Part shown: positions 1 to 10,570 of the stretch, piece after piece
Layout: each line of letters starts with the position of its first letter
Numbering within the stretch: position 1 is the stretch's first letter
Assembly (NCBI GenBank): GCA_963787125.1
Contig: CAWBBV010000001.1
Location: 512,001 to 576,000 of the forward strand
Origin: an uncultured delta proteobacterium
GTDB taxonomy: Bacteria; Desulfobacterota; Desulfuromonadia; Geobacterales; DSM-12255
Length of the DNA stretch: 64,000 bases
Direction of reading: 5' to 3'
Position numbers and translations under genes: made by a program
Notes under the pieces: generated by a model
What the model was told of the DNA's origin: nothing
The model's database searches: none
The model's input: only the letters and a program-made list of their open reading frames with translations

Positions 1-1237
1 ACTCTCCATCTTTTTTGTAGTCGCAACCATAGTTTTTGCAGTAATAGTTGGCGTTGCCTCACTGAAAGGTTTCGAATTTACCGAATCGACGACCTTCTGC
101 GGTGAACTCTGCCATGTGGTTATGGCGCCTGAGCATACCGCCTGGAGCAACTCACCTCACGCCAAAGTAAAATGCGTCGAATGCCACGTCGGCCCTGGCG
201 CCCAGTGGTATGTAAAAGCGAAGATTTCCGGCCTCAGACAGGTATATGGCGTGCTTGCTCATGCCTACCCCACACCGATTGAAACTCCTATCGACAACCT
301 CCGTCCGGCTCGCGATACGTGCGAGCATTGCCACTGGCCGGAAAAATTCTACGCCGGCAGACAGAAAATATTTTATCACTACGCTCCCAATGAAGAGAAC
401 ACCCCGCGGGAAATCGATATGCTGATCCATATCGGTGCCGCGCCAAAAGGACCGAACACGAAAGGTATCCACTGGCATATCGGCAAAGATGTAACTTTTG
501 TGGCAAATGATAGAAAGCGCAATGATATCCCATATGTCGCAGTAAAGGAAAAAGACGGAACTGTAACAGAGTACGTAACTACAGAGAAACCGTTATCAGC
601 AGATGCGCTTGCCAAAGCCACCAAGCGTCATATGGACTGCACCGACTGCCACAACAGGCCGACACATATCTATCATGCTCCCGGCGAAGAGATGGATATG
701 AAGTTCGTGACCGGCAAAATTGATCGTTCTTTGCCGTTTGTTAAAAAGGTGGCTGTTGAAATTCTTGAGAAACCATATAAAACGGCGAAAGAGGCTCACG
801 CCGCAATTACTAACGGCATTCCTGCTTTTTATGCCAAAGAGTATCCAAAGGTTGCCCAGGAGAAAGCTGCCGCAATAACACAGGCGGTGGAGCAGGTTAA
901 GGATATCTATTCCAGGAACTTCTTTCCTGAAATGAAGGTAAACTGGGCTACTTATCCAAGTAACCTCGGCCACTTCTACACCCCGGGCTGCTTCCGCTGT
1001 CATGATGACAAGCATAAAGGGCCAAATGGCAAAGTAATCTCCAAAGATTGCAAGATCTGCCACACTATCCTGAACCAGGTTCAGGAGAATATTCCGGCCG
1101 GAACAAAGCCTAAAGAGTTCGTCCACCCGGTTGATATCGGCACCGAGCTTAAAACTACAAACTGCAGTGACTGCCACCTTGTCGGCGGAGAAGATGTCAC
1201 TGGTGGTGGAAGCCACAGTGAAAAGAAGAAACATTAA
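1..1237 (+). CDS. imcH: NapC/NirT-family inner-membrane multiheme cytochrome c (ImcH-like), 5' end outside window
   Basis: Frame is open from base 2 (LSIFFVVATIVFAVIVG TM helix, then FTESTTFCGELCH). Seven heme motifs: CGELCH, CVECH, CEHCH, CTDCH, CFRCH, CKICH, CSDCH. Confidence 0.8.
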   Translation, partial: LSIFFVVATIVFAVIVGVASLKGFEFTESTTFCGELCHVVMAPEHTAWSNSPHAKVKCVECHVGPGAQWYVKAKISGLRQVYGVLAHAYPTPIETPIDNLRPARDTCEHCHWPEKFYAGRQKIFYHYAPNEENTPREIDMLIHIGAAPKGPNTKGIHWHIGKDVTFVANDRKRNDIPYVAVKEKDGTVTEYVTTEKPLSADALAKATKRHMDCTDCHNRPTHIYHAPGEEMDMKFVTGKIDRSLPFVKKVAVEILEKPYKTAKEAHAAITNGIPAFYAKEYPKVAQEKAAAITQAVEQVKDIYSRNFFPEMKVNWATYPSNLGHFYTPGCFRCHDDKHKGPNGKVISKDCKICHTILNQVQENIPAGTKPKEFVHPVDIGTELKTTNCSDCHLVGGEDVTGGGSHSEKKKH

Positions 1238-1274
1238 CCTGACCCTAAAAAGACAGGCTAACTGCTAACTTACT

Positions 1275-1307
1275 AAAAAGCCCCCGGAAAACCGGGGGCT
1301 TTTTTTG
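1275..1307. terminator. Bidirectional intrinsic terminator
   Basis: aaaaagcccccgg-aaaa-ccgggggcttttttt between convergent genes. Confidence 0.9.
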
Positions 1308-1330
1308 TTTCTGGAAATCAACTTCAATGT

Positions 1331-1834
1331 CTACTCTCTTACAAAAGTATCCATCTCCGACTTGTCAACCATTCCCATAATATGCATGTATTCATCTTCG
1401 ATCAATTCGTAATGCCCTTGAGTCTCCTTGATAACACGGTCAAAGATTCCTTTGACGAGAGGGTCTATAATGTCTTTAGCTATAACTGTATAGTGATCGA
1501 CAACAGACTTCTCTTCTTTCATGGCGATTTCAAGGGCCTGCTTCTCTTGTGTTCCTTCGCCAATGACTTTCAATAACGCTTTGTAGGTTGAGTTATTGGT
1601 GTCCGGCGGAGTCTTCATAAAACTTTCGACATCGCCAAACTCCTTGCCTTTGTAGTACTGGAAAAAAGTTTTCAGATGACCGACCTCTTCATTGGCGAGC
1701 AGTTCAAAAACTTTTTTAGCGCGCTCATTCTTGGCAACCGAAGCTGCCTTACGGTAGAAATCCATACTGTCTTTCTCTCCCTGAATAGCCAGTTTAAGCG
1801 CTTCTTCAAGTGAATATTCTTTGCCCATATTCAT
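1331..1834 (-). CDS. Ferritin-like/rubrerythrin-family di-iron protein
   Basis: EALKLAIQGEKDSMDFY...LANEEVGH and a second EIAMKEE...KETQGH repeat (ExxH ligands). Confidence 0.85.
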   Translation of the reverse strand: MNMGKEYSLEEALKLAIQGEKDSMDFYRKAASVAKNERAKKVFELLANEEVGHLKTFFQYYKGKEFGDVESFMKTPPDTNNSTYKALLKVIGEGTQEKQALEIAMKEEKSVVDHYTVIAKDIIDPLVKGIFDRVIKETQGHYELIEDEYMHIMGMVDKSEMDTFVRE

Positions 1835-1946
1835 CCCCTCCCTGCTTAATAGATTTGTTTGCTATCAGTGTAACGCAAATTTTAACCAGTTCAAGCAATA
1901 CGGCGATTTTTTAGCAGGGTTAACTGCGAGTAACGATTTTGAAGAG

Positions 1947-2723
1947 TCATGTAATTCTAAAGAGTGTTTTGGCATTTTCCGTAGTAACCGCAGCTACCAA
2001 GTCGACAGATAACCCTTTTATCGCCGCAACCTTGCAGGCGATCTCCGGCAGAAACGCAGGCTGATTTATAGTGCCGCGGTGGGACTGTGGCGAGAGGTCA
2101 GGTGAATCCGTTTCCAGTAAAAGCTCCTGAAGAGAAATTTCCTTGACCACTTTTACCGGTTTAAGGGCGTTACTCCATGTTGCCGGCCCGGCAACGCCGA
2201 TTTTAAGACCCAGGGCAATGAAAGCGCGAGCAGTCTCCACGCTGCCGGAAAAAGCGTGCATGACGCCACCAAACTTCTCGACCCGCTCCTCTGCCAGAAT
2301 TCTGAGCGTGTCTGCAAAGGCGCTGCGACAATGGATGATGACCGGCAGGGCTGCCTCTTTGGCAATCCGCAGTTGTGCCCGGAAGACCTCTTGTTGCAGC
2401 TCAGCGGCGGGCATCCCTGGCGAGTAGTCGAGACCGATCTCGCCGACGGCAACCAGCTCACTGCTAACTCGCCGGAGAATCGCGCCATTTTCATGGTTCC
2501 AGGTGGCGGCATACTGGGGATGCACTCCCAGGGCAGCGAATATCCGCGGATTTTCTGCAGAAAGGGAGATTATCCTCTGCCAGCGCTGCGGCTCTATTCC
2601 GGGGACAATAAACTGCTCAACGCCGTATTCCAGCGCAGCGCTGATAATTGCAGTCCGGCGTTCATAAAGCCGCGGATCATCAAGATGGCAGTGGCTATCA
2701 ATAAGATTAATTGTGCTGTTCAC
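1947..2723 (-). CDS. tatD: TatD-family hydrolase/DNase
   Basis: IDSHCHLD, GEIGLDY, IIHCR, LLETDSP motifs; GTG start overlaps the upstream stop. Confidence 0.9.
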   Translation of the reverse strand: MNSTINLIDSHCHLDDPRLYERRTAIISAALEYGVEQFIVPGIEPQRWQRIISLSAENPRIFAALGVHPQYAATWNHENGAILRRVSSELVAVGEIGLDYSPGMPAAELQQEVFRAQLRIAKEAALPVIIHCRSAFADTLRILAEERVEKFGGVMHAFSGSVETARAFIALGLKIGVAGPATWSNALKPVKVVKEISLQELLLETDSPDLSPQSHRGTINQPAFLPEIACKVAAIKGLSVDLVAAVTTENAKTLFRIT

Positions 2724-4134
2724 CGGCGAGTCTCCCCAGCGTTTCAATGGCGTGCTCAACCTTGGCGTCCAGATATGCTGCTGACAGGCGGATGTAATTA
2801 CCGAATTTGCCGGAGAGGGAAAAGAGGGGGCCCGGAGTTATGCTGATCCCTTCTGCCAGCGCCTGGTGGTAGAGCGCGAGTGCGTTTGTGTCGGGCGGCA
2901 TTTCGATCCAGAGAATGAAGCCACCTTTTGGCCGGGACATCCCTGTTCCGGGTGGAAAATACCTGGCGACCAGATCGGTCATAATGGAAATGTTGCGGCT
3001 ATAAATTCTGCGAATGGAGCGGAGATGGTGGTCATAACCGCCTGTGGCAAGAAACTCTGCCAGCGCCAGCTGGGTCGGTGAGGCTGTTGCCAGGTTTATC
3101 ATCATCTTGAGGCGTTCCATCTCCCCCTGAAAGCGCCCGCCGATTGTCCAGCCGACCCGGTAGCCGGGGGCAATGGTCTTGGAGAATGACGAACAGTAGA
3201 TGACGAGACCTTTTTTGTCAAAGGCCTTGGCTGCAATCGGTCTTTCGTTGCCAAAGACAAGGTCGCCATAGATATCATCTTCAATCAGCGGAATTTCATG
3301 CTCTGCCAAGAGCTCTACCAACTCTTTTTTCCGCTCGTCCGGCATGAGATTACCAAGAGGGTTACCAAAATTAGGGATTACCAGGCAGGCGCTGATTATA
3401 TTGTGCTCAATTGCGTAGCGGAGCGCTTCGATGCTGATCCCCTCCCTCAAGGTAGAGGGAATTTCCAGCGCCTTGAGGCCCATCTCCGCTACCAGTTGGA
3501 GGAAGTTGAAGTAGAAGGGTGATTCAACGGCAATCGTATCGCCTGCCCGGCAGGTTGCCCGCAAGGCAAGGAGCACTGCCTCGACACAGCCGGAGGTAAT
3601 CAGCACCTGGTCCGGGCGGACGCTGAAGCCGGCCAGAATCGACCGCTTGGCGATCTGGGTGCGCAGCCGCTCACAGCCTGGCGGCATCATATAGCCGATG
3701 CTCTCCTTACCGAAGCGGCGCAACTCGCCGGCCATGATACGGTTGAGTTTTTCAACCGGCAGATGACTTGAGTGAGGGATTGCACCCCCCAGCGGCAGCA
3801 GCTCCCTGTTCATCATATTGCGGATGACCTGCTGACAAATCTCGTTGATGGTAACTTTCGCCGGAGCAATGATGTCTTGTCGCAGGGTGATTTCCTCACG
3901 GATTTCCTGAGCGCGGGCACAGACAAAATAGCCGGATTGGGGCCTTGCCTCGATGAGTCGCTGATCTTCTAGAACGGCGTAGCCCTGCATGATCGTATTG
4001 ATGCTGACTCCGAACTTGCTGCTGAGCTGCCTGATTGAAGGGAGGCGGTCCCCGGCCCGGTAAGTGCCGCCCTCAATAAGGGCCGAGATCTCACTGCCGA
4101 CTTTTTCGTAAAGGAGCTGAGTTTCCGGAGTCAT
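2707..4134 (-). CDS. MocR/GntR-family regulator with PLP-dependent aminotransferase domain
   Basis: N-terminal wHTH (RLPSIRQLS...RPQSGYFV); C-terminal IIEDDIY and SFSKTIAPGYRVGW. Confidence 0.92.
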   Translation of the reverse strand: MTPETQLLYEKVGSEISALIEGGTYRAGDRLPSIRQLSSKFGVSINTIMQGYAVLEDQRLIEARPQSGYFVCARAQEIREEITLRQDIIAPAKVTINEICQQVIRNMMNRELLPLGGAIPHSSHLPVEKLNRIMAGELRRFGKESIGYMMPPGCERLRTQIAKRSILAGFSVRPDQVLITSGCVEAVLLALRATCRAGDTIAVESPFYFNFLQLVAEMGLKALEIPSTLREGISIEALRYAIEHNIISACLVIPNFGNPLGNLMPDERKKELVELLAEHEIPLIEDDIYGDLVFGNERPIAAKAFDKKGLVIYCSSFSKTIAPGYRVGWTIGGRFQGEMERLKMMINLATASPTQLALAEFLATGGYDHHLRSIRRIYSRNISIMTDLVARYFPPGTGMSRPKGGFILWIEMPPDTNALALYHQALAEGISITPGPLFSLSGKFGNYIRLSAAYLDAKVEHAIETLGRLAGEQHN

Positions 4135-4152
4135 TGGTTCACCGTCCGGGCC

Positions 4153-4237
4153 ATGGATACAGATGCCCTGTTTTGGAATGGATACAGTCGCCATTATAGC
4201 AGACTGTTATGGATACAAAACAGATTTTTTGTATCTG
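4153..4237. promoter_or_regulatory. Putative MocR operator array: three ATGGATACA direct repeats plus an inverted partial copy
   Basis: atggatacag 4153, atggatacag 4178, atggatacaa 4209, tgtatc 4230, in the divergent intergenic region. Confidence 0.6.
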
Positions 4238-4301
4238 TACGGATCCGGTGCAATCGGATATTTTCAACTGTAGTCAGCTTGAAAGGCAAAAGGGGGGGCA
4301 G

Positions 4302-4568
4302 ATGAACTGTTCACTGCAAAAAGGGGAGATATTCTCACTTGAGGCTGCTTTAGAGAACGAGCTTCGCTGCCTGAAAGGACACCTGTGGATTACGGTCGGG
4401 GACGGGATAGATTATCTGGTGACGGACAGCTGTCCTCTCCGGAGATTGAGCAGTAAAAGGGTGCTGATAGAAGCTCTGGAGGATTCGGAGATTCGGATTC
4501 AAGGCCAGACCGGCAAGTCTTTATCAATCGGGTTTCACAAGGTAGCAGGTTTCATGGCCGGCGTTTAA
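4302..4568 (+). CDS. DUF2917-like small protein, divergent from MocR
   Basis: G-rich RBS; LRCLKGHLWITVGDGIDYL pattern typical of DUF2917. Confidence 0.75.
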   Translation: MNCSLQKGEIFSLEAALENELRCLKGHLWITVGDGIDYLVTDSCPLRRLSSKRVLIEALEDSEIRIQGQTGKSLSIGFHKVAGFMAGV

Positions 4569-4600
4569 AACGGAATGAAGCAATTCTCCTCATTGACTCC

Positions 4601-5098
4601 TCACAAACAAGATTTTTCCTTCTTTAGCCGCCCCTCTTCCCTGAGCATGTCAAGGGCAAGCAGGGCGACCCCGACACAGATGGCAGAGTCGGCAACATTG
4701 AAAGCCGGCCAGTGGTGAGTTTTCCAATACACATCAAGAAAATCAACGACTTCACCCATTCTCACCCGATCAATCAGGTTGCCGACTGCGCCGGCAAGGA
4801 TCAGCGTGAGAGAGAATGCAGCCAGGCGCTGATCGTCACGCAGCTTGCTGAAAGCGATCATGATGGCGATGACGGCAATCACCGTTGCCAGCAGGAAAAA
4901 CGGTAGCCTCCAGCTTGCCTCCGCCAGGAAGCTGAAGGCAGCTCCCCTGTTGCGGAGGTAGGTGATGCTGAAGAGACCGTTGATCACCGGGATTGACTGA
5001 TACAGCTGCATCGATTTATGGATATAAATCTTGGTCAGCTGGTCGAGTATCAGGATCAGAGGGGTCAGCAGGAGCAGTATCTGGTATTTGGTCTTCAT
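4601..5098 (-). CDS. lspA: Lipoprotein signal peptidase II
   Basis: DQLTK, NRGAAFS, GNLIDR, VVDF, WPAFNVAD; follows ileS. Confidence 0.97.
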   Translation of the reverse strand: MKTKYQILLLLTPLILILDQLTKIYIHKSMQLYQSIPVINGLFSITYLRNRGAAFSFLAEASWRLPFFLLATVIAVIAIMIAFSKLRDDQRLAAFSLTLILAGAVGNLIDRVRMGEVVDFLDVYWKTHHWPAFNVADSAICVGVALLALDMLREEGRLKKEKSCL

Positions 5099-7869
5099 AT
5101 TACCGCAGCGGTACATTTCGGGCAGATTGCCGGATGGTCTGCAGCAGTCCCCAGCTCTTCACTGTAGCACCAGCAGCGTTCGCACTTCACACCGGGAGCA
5201 GCAGCGACGAAAATCCTCAGTCCGGTGACAGCTTCAGCTGCATAAGCGTCTCCGGCAATTTCCTGCACAAGCTCAACTTTCGAGACAATGAAAATGGCGG
5301 CAAGCTCTTCGGCATACTCGCCAAGAAAACCGAGGAGTTCAGCGTCTGCCGTCATTACCACTCTGGCATCCAGGGAATGACCGATGGTTTTTGCTACCCG
5401 TGCCAGCTCCAACGCCTTGGAAACTTCTGACCGGACCTTCATGATCCGTTCCCAGCGCTCCAGGAGGGTATCGTCCTTCAGTTCAGGTTGTAGCTTGGGG
5501 AAGGCGGCAAAATGAACACTTTTTTCATGCTCACCCGGCAGGTACTGCCAGGCTTCATCGGCTGTGAAGGAGAGCACCGGCGCAATCAGACGCAGCAGCG
5601 TATCGAGGATCCGGTACATGACAGTCTGGGCGCTGCGGCGCTGCAGTGAATCTGCCTTGCTGGTGTAGACGCGGTCTTTGAGGATGTCGAGGTAGAAGGA
5701 GCTCATCTCCACGGTGCAGAAGCCGTTAACCGCGTGATAAAGCACATGGAACTCGTATTCATTGTAGCAGCAGAGCACCTTCTCCTTGAGAATTTCCAGC
5801 TGATGCAGCGCCCAGCGGTCGATCTCGGGCATAGCTGCCGGATCAACCGAGTCCTTCGCCGGATCGAAATCGCTGAGATTACCAAGGATATATTTGCAGG
5901 TATTGCGGATGCGGCGGTACGCTTCGGAAAGGCGGGTCAGAATCTCCTGGGAGATGCGGATATCGTCGCGATAATCCTGAGCAGCCACCCAGAGGCGGAG
6001 GATCTCGGCGCCGTATTTCTTGATGACCTCTTCCGGGGCAACAACGTTGCCGACCGACTTGCTCATCTTCCGACCCGAGCCATCAACGACAAAGCCGTGG
6101 GTGAGGACGTTCTTGTAAGGGGCTTTGCCGCGGGTGCCGACGCTCTCAAGGAGTGACGAGTGGAACCAGCCACGATGCTGGTCGCTCCCCTCCAGGTACA
6201 TGTCAGCCGGTGATCTTAATTTAGGGTTCGGCTCAAGCACCGCCGCGTGGGAGACGCCGGAGTCGAACCAGACGTCGAGAATGTCGTTCTCCTTGTCGAA
6301 TGAGGCTGCGCCGCACTTGGGGCATATCGTCCCCTCTGGCATCAGCTTCTCCGCACTCCAATCGAACCAGATGTCTGAGCTGTGCTCCTTGAAGTGGTTG
6401 GCAACATGATCCATGATGGTGCCATCAGCAATGTACTCGCCGCAGGCAGTGCAGGAAAAAGCGGTGATCGGCACACCCCAGGTGCGCTGCCGCGAAATGC
6501 ACCAGTCAGGGCGGTTCTCGATCATACCGAAGATCCGCTCACGACCCCATTTTGGAATCCATTCAACCTCGTTGATCGCCTCAAGAGATTTATTTCTAAG
6601 ACCATTTGCTTCCATTGAGATGAACCACTGTTCGGTGGCGCGGAAAATGATCGGTTTCTTGCAACGCCAGCAGTGTGGGTAGGAGTGGGAGATATTTGCC
6701 TGTCCCACCAGCGCGCCGACTTCCTGAAGTTTTTCAATGACGTTCGGATTGGCGGCAAAGACAAACTGGCCGGCGAAGAACTCGACGTTGCCCAGATACT
6801 TGCCGTGATTATCCACCGGATTGTAAACCTCGACCCCTTCCTTCAGAGCCAGAACATAGTCGTCATGACCATGGCCGGGAGCGGTATGAACACAGCCGGT
6901 GCCAGCCTCAAGAGTTACATGCTCTCCAAGGAGAATCACAGAATTCCTGTCGTAGAAAGGGTGAGCACAGTTTTTCCGCTCAAGGGCGGTCGCCTTGAAG
7001 GTGGCGATGACGCTCCCGGAAAGTCCGTTCGCCTTCAGGAAGCCATCTTTTAGTCCCTCGGCAACGATCAGAACCCCCTGCTCTGTCTCCAGCGCCACAT
7101 AGTCAAACTCCGGGTGCATGGCTATTGCCAGGTTGGCCGGTATTGTCCAGGGGGTTGTTGTCCAGATGACGACAAAAGCTTCCTTGCCCGCCAGTGCGGG
7201 AATAGCAGCGGAGACATCATCCTTCAATCTGAATTTGACGAAGATCGATGGTGAGGTGTGGTCGGCGTATTCGACTTCCGCCTCGGCCAGAGCGGTGACG
7301 CAGGAAGAACACCAGTGGACCGGCTTTCTGCCGCGATAAAGGCCGCCGTTGTGGGCAAACTTGGCCAGTTCGGCCGCTGTCAGCCCTTCGTACTCGTAAT
7401 TCATGGTCAGGTAAGGGTTGTCCCAGTCGCCGAGGATGCCGAGGCGCTTGAACTCCTCCCGCTGGATATCGATAAATTTCTTCGCATAGCTGCGGCACTC
7501 CTTGCGCATCTCCAGTTTGGACATGTCGCGCTTTTTGCTCCCCAGATTCTTCTCCACCTGCAGCTCTATGGGGAGACCATGACAGTCCCACCCCGGCACA
7601 TAAGGGGCGTGAAAGCCTTCCATCCGCTTCCCTTTGAGGATTACATCCTTGAGAATCTTGTTGAGGGCGTGGCCGATATGGATGTGGCCGTTGGCATAGG
7701 GAGGGCCGTCATGAAGTATATAGAGCGGCTTCCCGGCTCCGTTGGTCTCCAGTTCCTGGTAAAGCCCTTCTGCTTCCCACTTGGCCAGCATTTCCGGCTC
7801 ACGCTGGTTAAGGTTCGCCTTCATCGGGAAGTCGGTAAGCGGCAGGTTCAGGGTATCTTTATATTCCAT
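5095..7869 (-). CDS. ileS: Isoleucyl-tRNA synthetase
   Basis: HDGPPYANGHIHIGH, KMSKS, C-terminal CERCW...CPKC zinc motif; GGAG RBS before MEYKDTL. Confidence 0.98.
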   Translation of the reverse strand: MEYKDTLNLPLTDFPMKANLNQREPEMLAKWEAEGLYQELETNGAGKPLYILHDGPPYANGHIHIGHALNKILKDVILKGKRMEGFHAPYVPGWDCHGLPIELQVEKNLGSKKRDMSKLEMRKECRSYAKKFIDIQREEFKRLGILGDWDNPYLTMNYEYEGLTAAELAKFAHNGGLYRGRKPVHWCSSCVTALAEAEVEYADHTSPSIFVKFRLKDDVSAAIPALAGKEAFVVIWTTTPWTIPANLAIAMHPEFDYVALETEQGVLIVAEGLKDGFLKANGLSGSVIATFKATALERKNCAHPFYDRNSVILLGEHVTLEAGTGCVHTAPGHGHDDYVLALKEGVEVYNPVDNHGKYLGNVEFFAGQFVFAANPNVIEKLQEVGALVGQANISHSYPHCWRCKKPIIFRATEQWFISMEANGLRNKSLEAINEVEWIPKWGRERIFGMIENRPDWCISRQRTWGVPITAFSCTACGEYIADGTIMDHVANHFKEHSSDIWFDWSAEKLMPEGTICPKCGAASFDKENDILDVWFDSGVSHAAVLEPNPKLRSPADMYLEGSDQHRGWFHSSLLESVGTRGKAPYKNVLTHGFVVDGSGRKMSKSVGNVVAPEEVIKKYGAEILRLWVAAQDYRDDIRISQEILTRLSEAYRRIRNTCKYILGNLSDFDPAKDSVDPAAMPEIDRWALHQLEILKEKVLCCYNEYEFHVLYHAVNGFCTVEMSSFYLDILKDRVYTSKADSLQRRSAQTVMYRILDTLLRLIAPVLSFTADEAWQYLPGEHEKSVHFAAFPKLQPELKDDTLLERWERIMKVRSEVSKALELARVAKTIGHSLDARVVMTADAELLGFLGEYAEELAAIFIVSKVELVQEIAGDAYAAEAVTGLRIFVAAAPGVKCERCWCYSEELGTAADHPAICPKCTAAVI

Positions 7870-8006
7870 GGATTTTCCTCCAATAAGTGAATGCTCCAAA
7901 CCTGACAAACTAGCCGGAACCCATTGAAAAGTCAAGGGTAAAGGGTAATTTATTGTGCTGTGCATGCTTCCATGCTATAAGGCGTTGTTGTTTGAAAGGA
8001 CGGGTC

Positions 8007-9827
8007 ATGAGCCAAAAACACGAAGATTCATTCTGGGGCGGGATAGTAAAATCCATGGGGCTGGTGTTCGGCGACATCGGCACCAGCCCGATATATACCC
8101 TGACGGTTATAATCGCCCTGACACCTCAGTCGCAGCAGAGCATCTACGGGATTATCTCCCTGATTGTCTGGACACTGATTACTCTTGTCAGTGTCGAGTA
8201 CGCCTGGCTGGCCATGAGTCTTGGCCGCAAAGGCGAAGGCGGGACGATCGTCCTGAAGGAGATCCTGGTAAAACTCCTGAAACCGGGACGTCAGCTTGCC
8301 TTTGTCGGCTTTCTTTCCTATGTCGGCGTCTGCCTGTTGTTAGGCGACGGCGTCATAACTCCGGCGATCTCGATCCTCTCCGCGGTCGAGGGTCTGGAGT
8401 TGATCCCCGGTCTGGAACACACACCGCAATGGCTGCTGATAGGCATCGCCGCTGTCATCGCCGTAGTCCTCTTTATTTTTCAGTTCAAGGGGACTGACAA
8501 GGTTGCCAAGGCGTTCGGCCCGATAATGGTGATCTGGTTTGTTGCCCTGACGCTCTCCGGCCTGTTTTCCATTGCCGATCATCCCGAAATTCTCAAGTCA
8601 CTAAGTCCTTGGTACGGGATCAAATTTCTGCTGGATAACGGTCTGCCTGGCTTCTTCATCCTCTCGGAAGTCATTCTCTGCGCCACCGGTGGTGAAGCTC
8701 TTTATGCCGACATGGGACATCTCGGCAGAAAACCGATCATCCGGGCGTGGTACTTTGTCTTTGGCGCCCTGGTAATCAACTATCTGGGGCAGGGCGCTTT
8801 CATTGTCACTCATCCAAAAGCGACCAACATCCTTTTCGGGATGGTCAGAAGCGAAGTTGAATTCCTGTATATTCCTTTTTTAATTCTCACCGTCATGGCC
8901 ACGGTTATCGCGTCCCAGGCGCTGATCAGCGGGGTTTTCTCCATTGTCTATCAAGGGATAACAACCAGGATCATGCCGCTGATGAAGGTTGACTACACCT
9001 CCAGCAATCTGAAGTCCCAGATCTATATCGGCTCGGTGAACTGGTTTCTGATGCTTCTGGTCATCTTCATCATGCTTGTGTTTAAAAAATCAGAGAATCT
9101 GGCCGCAGCCTACGGTCTGGCCGTAACCGGCACAATGACCATTACCGGCATCATGATGGTGATGATTTTTGCCCGGACAACCAAAAAATGGAAGGTGCCG
9201 ATTGCAGTCTTTGTGACCCTGCTCGATTTTGCCTTCCTTATCGCCAATCTGAACAAGCTCCCCCATGGCGGTTACTGGTCGATCATCCTGGCGGCAATAC
9301 CTTTTGTGACAATACTTGTCTGGACGTATGGCCAGAAGGCGCTTTACAAGGCTCTCCGCCCTCTTGATCTGGAGACCTTTCTCATCAGCTACGAGCAGAT
9401 ATTCTACAAGAGCAGAAATATTCCCGGAACCGGGCTTTTTTTCACCAAAGAGTGGAGTGTTGTCCCCCCCTACGTTATTCACTGCATTATCAGAAGCAAC
9501 ATCATCTACGAGCGGAATGTCTTTATCTCCATAGTCCGGACGGATGAACCTTTCGGGATTCACACGGCATTGATGAACGGCATAGGCCCGGGGCTGGACT
9601 CTTTCGAGGTCCGGGCAGGCTATATGGAGATGATCGAGATTGAGCGGCTGCTGAAAGAGAACGGCATCAGCGAGAAGGTTATCTTTTACGGCATCGAGGA
9701 TATCTCAACCAATAACCCAATCTGGAAGATGTTCAGCGCCATCAAGAAGCTGACCCCCAACTTCGTCCAGTTCAACAAGCTCCCGGCCAGCAAACTGCAG
9801 GGGGTTGTGACCCGGGTGGAGATGTAG
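8007..9827 (+). CDS. kup: KUP/HAK/KT potassium transporter
   Basis: VFGDIGTSPIY, GDGVITPAIS, TGGEALYADMGH. Confidence 0.96.
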   Translation: MSQKHEDSFWGGIVKSMGLVFGDIGTSPIYTLTVIIALTPQSQQSIYGIISLIVWTLITLVSVEYAWLAMSLGRKGEGGTIVLKEILVKLLKPGRQLAFVGFLSYVGVCLLLGDGVITPAISILSAVEGLELIPGLEHTPQWLLIGIAAVIAVVLFIFQFKGTDKVAKAFGPIMVIWFVALTLSGLFSIADHPEILKSLSPWYGIKFLLDNGLPGFFILSEVILCATGGEALYADMGHLGRKPIIRAWYFVFGALVINYLGQGAFIVTHPKATNILFGMVRSEVEFLYIPFLILTVMATVIASQALISGVFSIVYQGITTRIMPLMKVDYTSSNLKSQIYIGSVNWFLMLLVIFIMLVFKKSENLAAAYGLAVTGTMTITGIMMVMIFARTTKKWKVPIAVFVTLLDFAFLIANLNKLPHGGYWSIILAAIPFVTILVWTYGQKALYKALRPLDLETFLISYEQIFYKSRNIPGTGLFFTKEWSVVPPYVIHCIIRSNIIYERNVFISIVRTDEPFGIHTALMNGIGPGLDSFEVRAGYMEMIEIERLLKENGISEKVIFYGIEDISTNNPIWKMFSAIKKLTPNFVQFNKLPASKLQGVVTRVEM

Positions 9828-9907
9828 GGTTGATTGCTACATATTGGCTGTTTGCTGCATGGTAAGTGACTTTTTTGTGGACTTACCATGCATAAAAACA
9901 GTATTGT

Positions 9908-10570
9908 GTGAGCATGCTCATGGACCTGCGCCGCCACATCCCCTTTGAAGAGTTCGACTACCAGATCCTCCTGGATTCGCTGCGGGAGTACGCGCATCCT
10001 CGCAAGAAGATCACCTCTCTTTTGCGCAAGGGTGAGATTATCCGGGTGAAGAAGGGGCTTTACCTCTTCGGCGAGCAGTACCGCCGCGCCTCGTACTGCC
10101 GCGAACTGCTGGCCAACCTTATTTACGGCCCATCCTGCGTTTCCCTTGAATATGCCCTCCACTATCACGGCCTGATCCCTGAGCGGGTCGAGACGGTCAC
10201 CTCGGTCACCTGCGGCCGGTCACACAGCTTTGACACCCCTGTCGGACATTTCAGCTATCGTGCCATCCCGATGCCGGCCTACAGAATTGGTATCGACCGT
10301 ATTGAATTGGCCGACGGGCGGGCGTTTCTCATGGCAATACCGGAAAAGGCGCTGGCCGACCGGGTGGTAGCGGAACGGGGGAGCGCCCTGAGGACGCAAA
10401 AAGAACTGGCAGTTTTCCTGCAGGATAACCTGCGCATTGACGAGTCCAGCCTCAAGGGGCTCGATCCCGAAGCAATCCTGACCATTGCCGCGGCTTATCG
10501 CTCCCGGCGGCTGAAGCTGCTTGGGCAGGTGGTCGCCCGGCTGAAGAGTGCGGAGGCGTCCCATGCATGA
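9908..10570 (+). CDS. Type IV toxin-antitoxin AbiEi-like antitoxin
   Basis: IIRVKKGLY wHTH, PSCVSLEYALHYHGLIPE, PEKALAD; overlaps downstream AbiEii. Confidence 0.85.
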   Translation: MSMLMDLRRHIPFEEFDYQILLDSLREYAHPRKKITSLLRKGEIIRVKKGLYLFGEQYRRASYCRELLANLIYGPSCVSLEYALHYHGLIPERVETVTSVTCGRSHSFDTPVGHFSYRAIPMPAYRIGIDRIELADGRAFLMAIPEKALADRVVAERGSALRTQKELAVFLQDNLRIDESSLKGLDPEAILTIAAAYRSRRLKLLGQVVARLKSAEASHA

